From Flammeovirgaceae bacterium UBA2371 (lineage in GTDB: Bacteria > Bacteroidota > Bacteroidia > Cytophagales > Cyclobacteriaceae), in NCBI GenBank assembly GCA_002345965.1, contig DDTF01000017.1, forward strand, positions 106,453 to 170,452: a DNA stretch of 64,000 bases, read 5' to 3'. Positions within the stretch are counted from its first letter, which is position 1; every line of letters starts with the position of its first letter. The position numbers were made by a program, and so were the translations under genes. This document shows, one piece after another, positions 9,649 to 18,898 of this stretch. The notes beneath the pieces are model-generated. The model was not told the DNA's origin. It searched no databases and worked only from the letters and a program-made list of their open reading frames with translations.

Positions 9649-10263
9649 TCAAAGTTCGGAAAGAGAATCAAATACAAAGCCTTTGCTGGAAAAATGATCC
9701 AGAAATCGAGGCAATGCATATTTCATGTTTTTCTCCGCTTTGTAGCTATCGTGAAAAACAACTATAGAACCAGGCCTGGTAGCTTTGACAATTCCTTTTA
9801 AACATTGCTCCTTTCCTACCGAAGCAGAATAATCATAGGTAAGTACATCCCACATGACTACCTTAAAGCTACTGAGTTGCTTCAATTGGCTTCTCTTGAT
9901 TCTGCCATAGGGAGGCCTGAACAAAGCGGTATTGCCAATTTTATCCTGACACGCGTTGATGTCTTTCAAATAAATTTCATTGGGTGTATTCCAACCCTTC
10001 AGGTGATTATAGGTATGATTACCTACGGCATGGCCTTGTTCCAGTATTTCCCTAAAGAGCGCATTGTTTTGGACAAGGTTATTGCCAATACAAAAAAAAG
10101 TAGCCTTTGCCTGATGTGCTTTAAGTTGCTCCAGCACAAAGTCTGTGGGACCCGGTACGGGCCCATCATCAAAAGTCAAAAAGATTTTATTCTCAGTTGT
10201 AGGTATGCGCCAGATCAAACTGGGATATAGCAACGGTAGAAAAAATGGCGTTCTGAAAAACAC
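9649..10263 (-). CDS. polysaccharide deacetylase (NodB homology domain)
   Basis: 204 aa. LTFDDGP, ATFF and GNHTYNH are NodB motifs 1-2. GTG start. Confidence 0.85.
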   Translation of the reverse strand: MFFRTPFFLPLLYPSLIWRIPTTENKIFLTFDDGPVPGPTDFVLEQLKAHQAKATFFCIGNNLVQNNALFREILEQGHAVGNHTYNHLKGWNTPNEIYLKDINACQDKIGNTALFRPPYGRIKRSQLKQLSSFKVVMWDVLTYDYSASVGKEQCLKGIVKATRPGSIVVFHDSYKAEKNMKYALPRFLDHFSSKGFVFDSLSEL

Positions 10264-10272
10264 TTTAAATAA

Positions 10273-11493
10273 TTATATGACTCTGCAAGAAAGCATGGTG
10301 ATATCGTCTTTATACCCATTCCTTCCTTTGAATCCATCTAACTTAACTATAATGTCCTGATGCATCGTTTTCAAGTCTTTATTAAGGTTGGATTCCAAAT
10401 ATTTCATCAGTGTCTCCTGTCCAAACTCCTCCTCCATTTCATTTACTGTTTCGGTAAGACCATCGGTGTAAGCAAAAAGAAAAAATTCATCTAAGTCCGT
10501 AACGAAACCTTCGTTAATAAATGGTAGCGGATGCATCGCTCCGATAACGGTGGAGCCTTCCTCCAGCAACTGAAAACCCCTTTTCTTGGTGTAAAGTATT
10601 GGCGGATTGTGGCCAGCGTTGACATATACCATCGTTTTTAGACTTAAATCATAGATGGCACCAAAAAAGGTGATGAACTTCTCTCCCTTGGTATTTTCCA
10701 ACACTTGATAATTTAATGCCTCCAGGATTTCCTTGAGGTTTGGAGTCTGTCTGAGCAATGTTCTCAACGAAGCCTGAAAATTGGACATCATCAAAGCAGC
10801 AGGAATACCCTTGCCACTTACATCAGCAACACAAATGAGAAATTGGTTCTTATTTATAGGGATGTAATCGTAATAATCACCGCCTACCAGGTCATGAGGC
10901 AAATAGCTCGCTTCAATTTTAAGTCGGTCTGTGTTAGGCAATTTCTCAGGAAATAAAAACTGCTGCACATCACTGGCAATTTCCAATTCTTTTCGAAACG
11001 CCTCTTGTTCTAATTGCCTTCTGGCCAGTTTTTTATTTTCTATGGCCACCAAAATAATATTACTCAAGGCCTGAATGAACTTGATGCTCTCATCCCTGTC
11101 ATGATTGGATTGCCGGTTTTCGGCCCCACCAACAAACACCAGGGCTAGGGTGTTGTCCTTATGGGTAACTGGAATTACGATGTCGAACTCATGAAATTCA
11201 CACTTTTCAAATTCCGTCATGTTATGAATCTTCCTGATCATTTTGAAATGATCGTCCAGTTTCATCTTCATGAAATTTTTCTCTGATCCAAAATTCACTT
11301 TACAGTTCCAGATTTCATCCAATACAAAGAGTGCCAACTTGTTGATATTGAGGTTGGACCTCAGCGTGAAATTGAAAATTTTGTAGAGCGAGTCTTCAGA
11401 TACGTTGCTGTTGATGGCCTGTGTGATTTCAAGAAGGGAATTTAGTTCTAACTCCTTCTTCTCAATTTTCTTCTGTAAAGATTGATCTCCCAT
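10273..11493 (-). CDS. PP2C-family (SpoIIE/RsbU-like) serine phosphatase with N-terminal GAF-like sensor region
   Basis: 406 aa. The C-terminal half has GGDYYDY, CVADVSGKGIPAALMMS and YTDGLTE, the SpoIIE/PP2C pattern. The first ~160 aa are a separate alpha/beta region. Calling that region GAF-like is inference. Confidence 0.8.
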   Translation of the reverse strand: MGDQSLQKKIEKKELELNSLLEITQAINSNVSEDSLYKIFNFTLRSNLNINKLALFVLDEIWNCKVNFGSEKNFMKMKLDDHFKMIRKIHNMTEFEKCEFHEFDIVIPVTHKDNTLALVFVGGAENRQSNHDRDESIKFIQALSNIILVAIENKKLARRQLEQEAFRKELEIASDVQQFLFPEKLPNTDRLKIEASYLPHDLVGGDYYDYIPINKNQFLICVADVSGKGIPAALMMSNFQASLRTLLRQTPNLKEILEALNYQVLENTKGEKFITFFGAIYDLSLKTMVYVNAGHNPPILYTKKRGFQLLEEGSTVIGAMHPLPFINEGFVTDLDEFFLFAYTDGLTETVNEMEEEFGQETLMKYLESNLNKDLKTMHQDIIVKLDGFKGRNGYKDDITMLSCRVI

Positions 11494-11529
11494 ATTTGGA
11501 TAGCAAAAATAGAAATTACCCTCCTGCTA

Positions 11530-12654
11530 TCACATTTTATGTGATAATCTTCTTCCCTTCCATTCATAGGCAGTCTTTTGCGATACAATGCCGATTCCAA
11601 TAACGTAGAATGGATAAATTAATTGCAATATCAAAAAAGCAGACCATGACCACCTGATATTTAGAAACTTACAGACCGGAAGCAGGTATAGCCCCTCCAT
11701 CGTCCACTTTATTGCCAGTAAACTCAAACCCCAATAAAAATTCCCCCATTGCATGGATAGAAAGAGCATTAGTCCGAGAATGGCCAGCTGCACCAGCAAG
11801 ATATGAACGGCCAAAAGCCTTGAATAAAAGGATGAATTGTATTTCCATTTTCCGGCCCACCTCAATCGTTGATGGATAAAAGACCGGATCGTTGACTGTG
11901 GTCTTGACAATACTACCGCATCTGGCTTTTTCAAGAACTGCACGGATTTAGGATATTCTTTCAATAGCTTCCTTGCCAAAAATTCATCATCACCGGAAGC
12001 AATGTCCAAGTTGCCTTCGTAGCCATTCACTTGCTGAAAGGCCTTCTTGCGAAAAGCAAGGTTAGCCCCATTGCACATCGTAAAATGCCCAAGGCCCAAC
12101 GAAGCCGCCCCGGAACCGATCAGGCTTGCAAATTCCATCACCTGAAGTCGGGAGAAAAAAGAACCGGATGGCTTTAAGGCTACACCCCCAAACACCATTT
12201 TAATGGATTGATCAGACAAGCCTTCATTTATTCTGCTGAGCCAGTTCACGGGAACAACACAGTCCGCATCGGTAGTTGCAACAATCTCATAGGAAGCTGC
12301 ATTTACACCAAGTGTTAATGCTTGTTTTTTACCTTTTGCTTCAGGGGCTGAATTGAGAATCCTAAAACCTGGTTTGTCATGTATAAGTGCCTTCAGCACA
12401 TTTTCAGAATTATCGGTAGAATGATCGTTGATTAATATTACCTCAAAATAATCCTGAGGGTAATCCAGTTCGGTAATGGAGCGTATCAAATGGTGAAGAT
12501 GATTGGCTTCATTGCGAAAAGGAACAAGAACGGAAATGCCTTGCTTTACTGTTACTGATGCAGGCACTCGCGCACCAGGCCTGTTCCATCCGCGGATTAA
12601 CAAAAGCAACAGCAGTAAATAACTAGCCATTACGACTGTGAAGAATGCCATCAT
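11530..12654 (-). CDS. family-2 glycosyltransferase of the D,D,D,QxxRW (processive/lipid-GT) class with C-terminal TM helices
   Basis: Motifs are VLVPFRNE, INDHSTD, TDADC, SGDDEF and QRLRW (11857..11871), followed by hydrophobic helices. The track ORF extends to 12786. I prefer the MMAFF... start at 12654, which removes the overlap with ruvC. Confidence 0.8.
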   Translation of the reverse strand: MMAFFTVVMASYLLLLLLLIRGWNRPGARVPASVTVKQGISVLVPFRNEANHLHHLIRSITELDYPQDYFEVILINDHSTDNSENVLKALIHDKPGFRILNSAPEAKGKKQALTLGVNAASYEIVATTDADCVVPVNWLSRINEGLSDQSIKMVFGGVALKPSGSFFSRLQVMEFASLIGSGAASLGLGHFTMCNGANLAFRKKAFQQVNGYEGNLDIASGDDEFLARKLLKEYPKSVQFLKKPDAVVLSRPQSTIRSFIHQRLRWAGKWKYNSSFYSRLLAVHILLVQLAILGLMLFLSMQWGNFYWGLSLLAIKWTMEGLYLLPVCKFLNIRWSWSAFLILQLIYPFYVIGIGIVSQKTAYEWKGRRLSHKM

Positions 12655-12690
12655 TCCATCAATGTGGTTAAATTGCAGAGGGCTAGCAAA

Positions 12691-13248
12691 ATGGAGAAAA
12701 AAGTTGTTAAAGAAAAAATAATACTCGGCCTGGATCCTGGGACTTCCGTGATGGGCTATGGGATTATTCTTGTGAAAGGTACTCAAATCACCCTATTGCA
12801 ATTTGGTGTGATCCACCTCAGTAAATTGGAAAGCCACGAGCTTCGGTTAAAAAAGATTTTTGACAGGGTACTATCCATCCTGGATGAATTCGGTCCAGAT
12901 GAAGTAGCATTGGAAGCACCCTTCTATGGCAAAAACGTGCAGTCGATGTTAAAGCTGGGACGGGCGCAGGGGGTGGCCATGTCGGCAGCCCTCAGTAGAG
13001 ATATACCCATCGTTGAATATGCACCCAAAAAAGTAAAACAATCTGTTACGGGAAACGGCAATGCCAGCAAAGAGCAGGTAGCTAAAATGCTAATGACGAT
13101 TTTCAAGTTCAAGGAAACACCAAAGTTGATGGATGCCACTGATGCCCTGGCTGTGGCCCTGTGCCACCACTATCAGAATGGAGCCGACAAAGGCAAAAAG
13201 AAAACGTGGGCTTCTTTCGCTAAGGAGAATCCAAAAAGGATCAAGTGA
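12691..13248 (+). CDS. ruvC: crossover junction endodeoxyribonuclease RuvC
   Basis: ILGLDPGTSVMGYGI (catalytic Asp), EAPFYGKNVQS and TDALAVALCH are RuvC motifs. ATG 12691 is preferred over the GTG at 12664. Confidence 0.9.
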   Translation: MEKKVVKEKIILGLDPGTSVMGYGIILVKGTQITLLQFGVIHLSKLESHELRLKKIFDRVLSILDEFGPDEVALEAPFYGKNVQSMLKLGRAQGVAMSAALSRDIPIVEYAPKKVKQSVTGNGNASKEQVAKMLMTIFKFKETPKLMDATDALAVALCHHYQNGADKGKKKTWASFAKENPKRIK

Positions 13249-13250
13249 CC

Positions 13251-14333
13251 TTACTTCAAGGTTTTAAGTATATTAATAATTCGTTCAGCAGCACGACCAT
13301 CCCATAATTCAGGTATTCCTCCTTTTTTCCATTTTCCGGCTTTAAGGTTTTCCAGTGCCTTTTTCAAAGCTACCGTATCCTCCCCTATCATTTCATTGGT
13401 CCCTACGTTAACTGTTTCCGGTCTTTCTGTGTTGTTGCGCAAAGTAAGACAAGGCACACCCAATACAGTTGTTTCTTCCTGAATGCCACCCGAATCGGTG
13501 ATTACACCTTTTGCATTTTTGATCAGATAAATAAACTCCAAATAACTGAGCGAGTCTGTTGGTGTAACAAACTGAGGCGTATAGTTCAACAGATCAAAGT
13601 TTTTTCTGGTCCGGGGGTGAACAGGAAAAACAACGGGCATACCTACACTGCCATCGATAGCCTGTATCATGGTTTTAAATTTTTGAAGGTCATCCACGTT
13701 GGCCGGACGATGCAAGGTGAGTACAAAGTAGTGGTGATCGCTCAATCCTTTTTCCTGCCAAACATTTGGTTTTCTGAGTTTGGTTAAATTCTTAAGCAGG
13801 GAATCAATCATGGTGTTGCCCACAAAAAATATCCTGTCCTCCGACACCCCTGTATTCTTCAGGTTATTGTTGGCCACTTTGGAAGTGGTGAAAAAATAAT
13901 CTGCCAATGCATCTGTGGCCATACGGTTGATTTCCTCAGGCATGGTCATGTCCCATGATCTGATTCCGCCTTCCACATGCGCTACTTTGGTATTCAGTTT
14001 CTTGGCTACGATGGTGCATGCCATGGTTGAGTTGACATCTCCCACTACCACTACAAGGTCGGTTGGATTTTTAATCAAATCCTTCTCAAACTCCACCATG
14101 ATCCTAGCCGTTTGTTCTGCCTGGCTACCCGAGCCTGCACCGAGGTTTACATCGGGCTCCGGAATCTCCAATTCTTCAAAAAAGACTTTGCTGAGTTTAT
14201 CGTCATAGTGCTGACCAGTATGTACCAGCCGGTATGACAGCGTACTTTCACTATTCAATCGCTTGATAGCTGTTATCATGGGTGCAATCTTCATAAAATT
14301 GGGTCTTGCCCCTGCTATCAGTGTAATTTTCAT
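13251..14333 (-). CDS. wecB: UDP-N-acetylglucosamine 2-epimerase (non-hydrolysing)
   Basis: 360 aa. Has MKITLIAGARPNFMKIAP, HTGQHYD and DSGGIQEETTVLGVPCLTLRNNTERPET. Confidence 0.9.
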   Translation of the reverse strand: MKITLIAGARPNFMKIAPMITAIKRLNSESTLSYRLVHTGQHYDDKLSKVFFEELEIPEPDVNLGAGSGSQAEQTARIMVEFEKDLIKNPTDLVVVVGDVNSTMACTIVAKKLNTKVAHVEGGIRSWDMTMPEEINRMATDALADYFFTTSKVANNNLKNTGVSEDRIFFVGNTMIDSLLKNLTKLRKPNVWQEKGLSDHHYFVLTLHRPANVDDLQKFKTMIQAIDGSVGMPVVFPVHPRTRKNFDLLNYTPQFVTPTDSLSYLEFIYLIKNAKGVITDSGGIQEETTVLGVPCLTLRNNTERPETVNVGTNEMIGEDTVALKKALENLKAGKWKKGGIPELWDGRAAERIINILKTLK

Positions 14334-14398
14334 TTAAACTCGTTGTCTGTATTAATAGAGGCTGCAAAATTCCCTTTCTTTGCGGAAAATCAAAATTA

Positions 14399-14944
14399 AT
14401 GTTCAAGGCGTTTAACAAGTGGAGTAATAATTGGTCAAAAACCAGACGATACAGCAAGACTTTGTCTTTCATGGCACAATCGTTGCAACCCGGCACTTCC
14501 ATTTTGGATATTGGCACTGCCAATGCATTCTCCCACATTATGATTGAAAAGGGCTATCAGGTAGTCAATACCCAGGGAGAGGATTTGGATCAAACCCCTG
14601 AAGCTGTTGCTCAACACAAAACTGAAGTGGCCACTGCTTTTGAAATCTTTGAACATTTGTTAAACCCGCTGGGAGTGCTCAAAGCCATACAGGCAGAAAC
14701 ACTTTTCGCCAGCATTCCATTGTCTCTGTGGTTTGCCAAAGCCTATAGAAATAAAAACGATCGGTGGGATCAGCACTTTCATGAATTTGAAGATTGGCAA
14801 TTCGATTGGTTGTTGGAAAAAGGAGGATGGGAAATTGTGCGCAAAGAAAAATGGACAAGCCCTGTTTTTATTCCTGGCATTCGCCCCATCTTCAGGTTGT
14901 TTACACCGCGTTATTACATCATTGAAGCGCGAAGAAAAAAATGA
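14399..14944 (+). CDS. class I methyltransferase-like protein (degenerate SAM motif I)
   Basis: 181 aa. SILDIGTANA sits where motif I (DxGxGxG) would be, and AFEIFEHLLNP resembles the post-II/III region. ATGA overlap with the next GT gene. Confidence 0.4.
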   Translation: MFKAFNKWSNNWSKTRRYSKTLSFMAQSLQPGTSILDIGTANAFSHIMIEKGYQVVNTQGEDLDQTPEAVAQHKTEVATAFEIFEHLLNPLGVLKAIQAETLFASIPLSLWFAKAYRNKNDRWDQHFHEFEDWQFDWLLEKGGWEIVRKEKWTSPVFIPGIRPIFRLFTPRYYIIEARRKK

Positions 14945-16089
14945 AATCGATCCTTATCATTGCTTTCAATGATCTTAATCATGATGCACGGGTAAACCGT
15001 CAGATCAATTTCTTGAAAGATACTTATCAAGTATCGGTGGCCAGTTTTGGGCATACCCCTATTCAAAACATCAACACTATATCGTTAAAAAGAGTTAAGC
15101 CTTCACTGTCTGATAAGCTATTAGGAGGAATTGCCCTCTTATTACGCTGGCACTCGTTGGCTTATAAAATAATCTATAACCAATCCCAATACCTGCGCTT
15201 ATTATCCGGCAAGCATTATGATCTCATTATTGCCAATGACATTGAAACACTTCCTCTGGCGCTGGAACTTTCAAATGGAAACAAGGTCCTTTTTGATGCG
15301 CACGAGTACGCACCTCGTCATTTTGAGGACAAATTGATGTGGAGAATTTTCTTTAGCCGGTTCAATCAATTCCTTTGTCGGGAATATCTTCCCAAGGTTG
15401 ATGCCATGCTTACTGTAGGAAATGGGCTGGCTAATGAATACGCTAAACATTTTCCTGTACAACCCACCGTTCTCACTAATGCCAATTATTATAGCCCACT
15501 TGTTCCAACTGCTACTGACACAAGAAAGATAAAGCTGGTTCATCACGGTGCCGCCAATCCATCACGGCAACTGGAGTTGATGATCGAAGCCGTAAACATG
15601 CTTGACGATCGATTCACTTTGGACTTGATTTTACTTACTCCCTCCATTGCCAACAAAAAAACAAGAAACTACCTTGTTAAGCTAAAAAGACTTATTGAAA
15701 GCAATTCAAGAATTAGAATCATTCCTCCGGTGAAGAGCAATGAGGTCATTTCTTTAATTCACCAATATGACGTTGGCATCTTTTTATTGCCTCCCATTAA
15801 CTTCAACTACAAGAACACCTTGCCCAATAAACTTTTCGATTTTGTTCAAGCCCGGTTAGCCATTGTGGTAGGTCCTACTCCAGAGATGGCCAGTTTAGTG
15901 AATGAGCATGATCTTGGATTGGTGTCCTCCGATTTTACAGCAAAAAGTTTTGGAAGCACTCTCGGCCAGTTGACACACGAAAAAATTGATTACTTTAAAA
16001 GTAAATCGGATGCGGCAGCCAGAAAATTGTCTGCAGAAAACAATAAACTGATCCTCAATAAAATAGTAGCTGATCTGATCGCAGAATAA
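14941..16089 (+). CDS. glycosyltransferase (GT-B-like), family-level call only
   Basis: 382 aa. Rossmann-like N-terminus KSILIIAFNDLNHDARV. Located between a methyltransferase-like gene and a flippase. I could not pin down a diagnostic motif. Confidence 0.5.
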   Translation: MKSILIIAFNDLNHDARVNRQINFLKDTYQVSVASFGHTPIQNINTISLKRVKPSLSDKLLGGIALLLRWHSLAYKIIYNQSQYLRLLSGKHYDLIIANDIETLPLALELSNGNKVLFDAHEYAPRHFEDKLMWRIFFSRFNQFLCREYLPKVDAMLTVGNGLANEYAKHFPVQPTVLTNANYYSPLVPTATDTRKIKLVHHGAANPSRQLELMIEAVNMLDDRFTLDLILLTPSIANKKTRNYLVKLKRLIESNSRIRIIPPVKSNEVISLIHQYDVGIFLLPPINFNYKNTLPNKLFDFVQARLAIVVGPTPEMASLVNEHDLGLVSSDFTAKSFGSTLGQLTHEKIDYFKSKSDAAARKLSAENNKLILNKIVADLIAE

Positions 16090-16091
16090 CC

Positions 16092-17585
16092 ATGGGCATT
16101 GTCTTTCGCCAAAGCGTAATTACTACCATCATCTCCTATTGCGGAGTGGCCATAGGGTATATCAATTTATTGTATCTCTATCCCAAATTCCTTGAGCCGG
16201 ATCAGATCGGACTCATGCGTACCATTCAAGATGCTGCCATCCTGTTTACCCCTTTTGCACAATTTGGATTGGCACAAAGCATCCTTAGGTACTACCCACG
16301 CCTGGTAACCACAAAAGCTTCATCAGGGAGTTTCATCAAATTGATGTTGTTGCTGGCACTCGTTGGTTTTTCTATTTTCTTCCTCCTGTTTAAAATATTT
16401 GAAGCTCCGATTCTCTCCTACTTCCAGACCAATGCCCAAGAAATCATCGGCTACTCTTCACTGGTACTGTGGCTGACATTGATTCTTCTTTTGATGGCCA
16501 TCTTCGAAGCGTATTCAAGGTCATTACTTAAAACAGTAGTGCCCAACCTACTTAGAGAAATTGTTGCACGGCTATTGCTGGCAGTTTTGGTTTTGCTCTA
16601 TTTCGCTGGATACATCGACTTCAACCAGTTTATCATCAGCACTGCCCTCGCGTATTTGTTGTGCTTAACCATCTTAATGCTTTACCTATGGACGCAGGGA
16701 GAACTTCAGCTCCGCCACAACTTTGATCACCTCAATAAAGGCGAATTACCCGGATTAATTAAGTACAGTCTCTTAAGTTTTGCGGGTATGGCAGGATTAA
16801 TCATCATCGGTAAAGTCGATAGCATTATGGTGACTGGATTGATGGGCCTTACCGCCAATGCGGTGTATACCACAGCATTTTACATGGCTACGGTCATTGA
16901 AATTCCTAAAAGAGCATTGATGCAAATTGCCATGCCCTTGATTTCGCGTGCCTTCGAAAAAAACGACATGGCGGATATTCGACAGATCTACCAGAAAACA
17001 TCCATCAACCAGTTTATCGTTGGCGGTCTTATTCTCATTGGCATATGGGCCAACCTACACAACATATTTGCATTGATGCCAAAAGGTGAAATCTATGAAG
17101 CCGGGAAATATGTGGTGATGATCGTTGGCTTGGGCAAGCTGCTTGATATGCTATTTGGGCCAAGCAGTGAGATCATTGTCTTGTCGAAATATTATAGCTT
17201 CAACATTCTGCTGATATTATTGTTGGCCGTATCTATTGTGATGGCCAATAATCTTTTAATACCCCTTTATGGTATTGATGGCGCTGCTATTGGCTCTGCA
17301 CTTGCCTTGATTTTATTCAATTTGTTAAAATATATTTTTATTTATGCCAAATTGAAGATGCAGCCTTTCACCTTGTCCACCTTAAAAGTGCTGGCTATTG
17401 TATTGGTTGCTGTGGGATGCAATTGTCTCATACCCAGGATGGACATGCTGTTGGCAGACCTGATACTCCGATCTTCAATCATTACCCTGGTATATGGTTC
17501 ATTGATTATCTTTTCAAAAGCATCACCTGATGGCAATTCAGTATTTAGAAAAGTTTTGATTTATACTGGTATTACTAAAAGTTAA
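16092..17585 (+). CDS. polysaccharide biosynthesis protein / Wzx-like oligosaccharide flippase (MOP superfamily)
   Basis: 497 aa with about 14 hydrophobic helices, in a glycosyltransferase neighbourhood. Confidence 0.7.
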   Translation: MGIVFRQSVITTIISYCGVAIGYINLLYLYPKFLEPDQIGLMRTIQDAAILFTPFAQFGLAQSILRYYPRLVTTKASSGSFIKLMLLLALVGFSIFFLLFKIFEAPILSYFQTNAQEIIGYSSLVLWLTLILLLMAIFEAYSRSLLKTVVPNLLREIVARLLLAVLVLLYFAGYIDFNQFIISTALAYLLCLTILMLYLWTQGELQLRHNFDHLNKGELPGLIKYSLLSFAGMAGLIIIGKVDSIMVTGLMGLTANAVYTTAFYMATVIEIPKRALMQIAMPLISRAFEKNDMADIRQIYQKTSINQFIVGGLILIGIWANLHNIFALMPKGEIYEAGKYVVMIVGLGKLLDMLFGPSSEIIVLSKYYSFNILLILLLAVSIVMANNLLIPLYGIDGAAIGSALALILFNLLKYIFIYAKLKMQPFTLSTLKVLAIVLVAVGCNCLIPRMDMLLADLILRSSIITLVYGSLIIFSKASPDGNSVFRKVLIYTGITKS

Positions 17586-18898
17586 TCAGTTCTTTCCAAT
17601 AGTGCTACAAGTTGTTCGGTCAGTGCTGCCCGTGTGAACTTTTTTACTTCCCTTTTTTCAATTGTAACACCGGTGCGCCAGGTTTCATAAAACGCCAACA
17701 ATGATTTCTTCATTCCTTCTTCATCGTTTCGCTCGTGAATGTCACCTGCCTTGGTCTCCTTTAAAACCTGAGCTGCATCTCCATCAGCAGGTCCAATTGC
17801 CAGAATTGGATTACCGGATGCCAGATATTCAAAAAACTTCCCAGGTAGATTTCCGGGTGCAATGGCTGTATGCGCCAACACCAGCAACTGCAAATCCGTT
17901 TGTCCGTAGATCTTCAACAACTCACTATGAGGTACCTGGTCTATGAATCGGGTGATTCCTGAAAGGACGGCATCCCCCTCGACAAAAGCCTTAAAGGTAT
18001 TGTTGACATTGCCAATGAATTCAATCCTGATTGATTGCGCCATTTTATTTTGAGCCTGGCAGATCGCTTTCAATGCTAGCATTACAGGTCTCGGATCACG
18101 AAGCTCATCTACGATGCCAATGTGGCGGATAGTGAACACATCATTTTTAACAGAAGGAATGGAATCAAAATCTTCTGTATCAAAGCCATTGGTGATCAAC
18201 TCCACTTTGCGCTGACCCAAATCTTCAAAACGCTTTACGTGATAAGGAGCAATGGTGATGACCTTATCTGCTTTGGTCAGCACCTTCCGCTCCAGATGGC
18301 GATGTCTTGCCCTCGCCCACGAGGTCAATGACAGTGTGTCCAGCAAATCCCACTCACTCCACGGGTCGCGAAAGTCAACGATCCATTGAATGGCGGGTAA
18401 TTTCGTTTTCAGCTTCAAACCGATTAGGTGGATACTATGAGGTGGACCCGTAGTGATAATACTTTCTATCTGATTGGATTTTATGATATCCGTAAGCAAT
18501 GCCACCGATGGCTTCACCCAGAATATCCGTGCATCAGGAATAAATAAGTTTCCTCTGATCCATGCGCTAATCTTTTGAATAAAGCTCTTCTTTCCCGTAG
18601 AGATAAAATCGCTTTGTTTTATTTCCTTGTTGCCAAAGAATCGCTGGATTTTAAAAAACAATTGATAAGGTTCCCAGATAGGTAACTTGATGACCTCCAC
18701 CGATTTGGGAATATCTTTTTGCAGCGATTGATCTTGAATGGTAAATGAAGGATTTTCCGGTGTATATACAAAGGGCTCCCAGCCCAACCGGGTCAGGTAT
18801 TTGACAAACTTCAGCCAACGTTGTACACCACTTCCACCGCTGGGGGGCCAATAGTAGGTGATGACAAGTACCTTCTTATTTTTCATCCAGATAGGCAA
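17582..18898 (-). CDS. glycosyltransferase, GT4/GT-B family
   Basis: 438 aa. KVLVITYYWPPSGGSGVQRWLKF at the N-terminus, with a C-terminal GT-B half (PGKFFEYLASGNPILAIG). Confidence 0.7.
   Translation of the reverse strand: MPIWMKNKKVLVITYYWPPSGGSGVQRWLKFVKYLTRLGWEPFVYTPENPSFTIQDQSLQKDIPKSVEVIKLPIWEPYQLFFKIQRFFGNKEIKQSDFISTGKKSFIQKISAWIRGNLFIPDARIFWVKPSVALLTDIIKSNQIESIITTGPPHSIHLIGLKLKTKLPAIQWIVDFRDPWSEWDLLDTLSLTSWARARHRHLERKVLTKADKVITIAPYHVKRFEDLGQRKVELITNGFDTEDFDSIPSVKNDVFTIRHIGIVDELRDPRPVMLALKAICQAQNKMAQSIRIEFIGNVNNTFKAFVEGDAVLSGITRFIDQVPHSELLKIYGQTDLQLLVLAHTAIAPGNLPGKFFEYLASGNPILAIGPADGDAAQVLKETKAGDIHERNDEEGMKKSLLAFYETWRTGVTIEKREVKKFTRAALTEQLVALLERTD

Noticed and set aside
11980-11997. 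SGDDEF in the GT2 protein, superficially like a GGDEF diguanylate cyclase motif
   Set aside because: It sits where family-2 processive glycosyltransferases carry their catalytic acidic motif, 37 residues before QRLRW. No other GGDEF-domain features are present.
12655-12786. 44-codon N-terminal extension of the GT2 gene overlapping ruvC head-to-head
   Set aside because: The extension (..EYYFFFNNFFLHF..) is antisense to the ruvC start and looks non-protein-like. The Met-Met at 12654 directly precedes the first TM helix, and with ruvC starting at ATG 12691 the overlap disappears.
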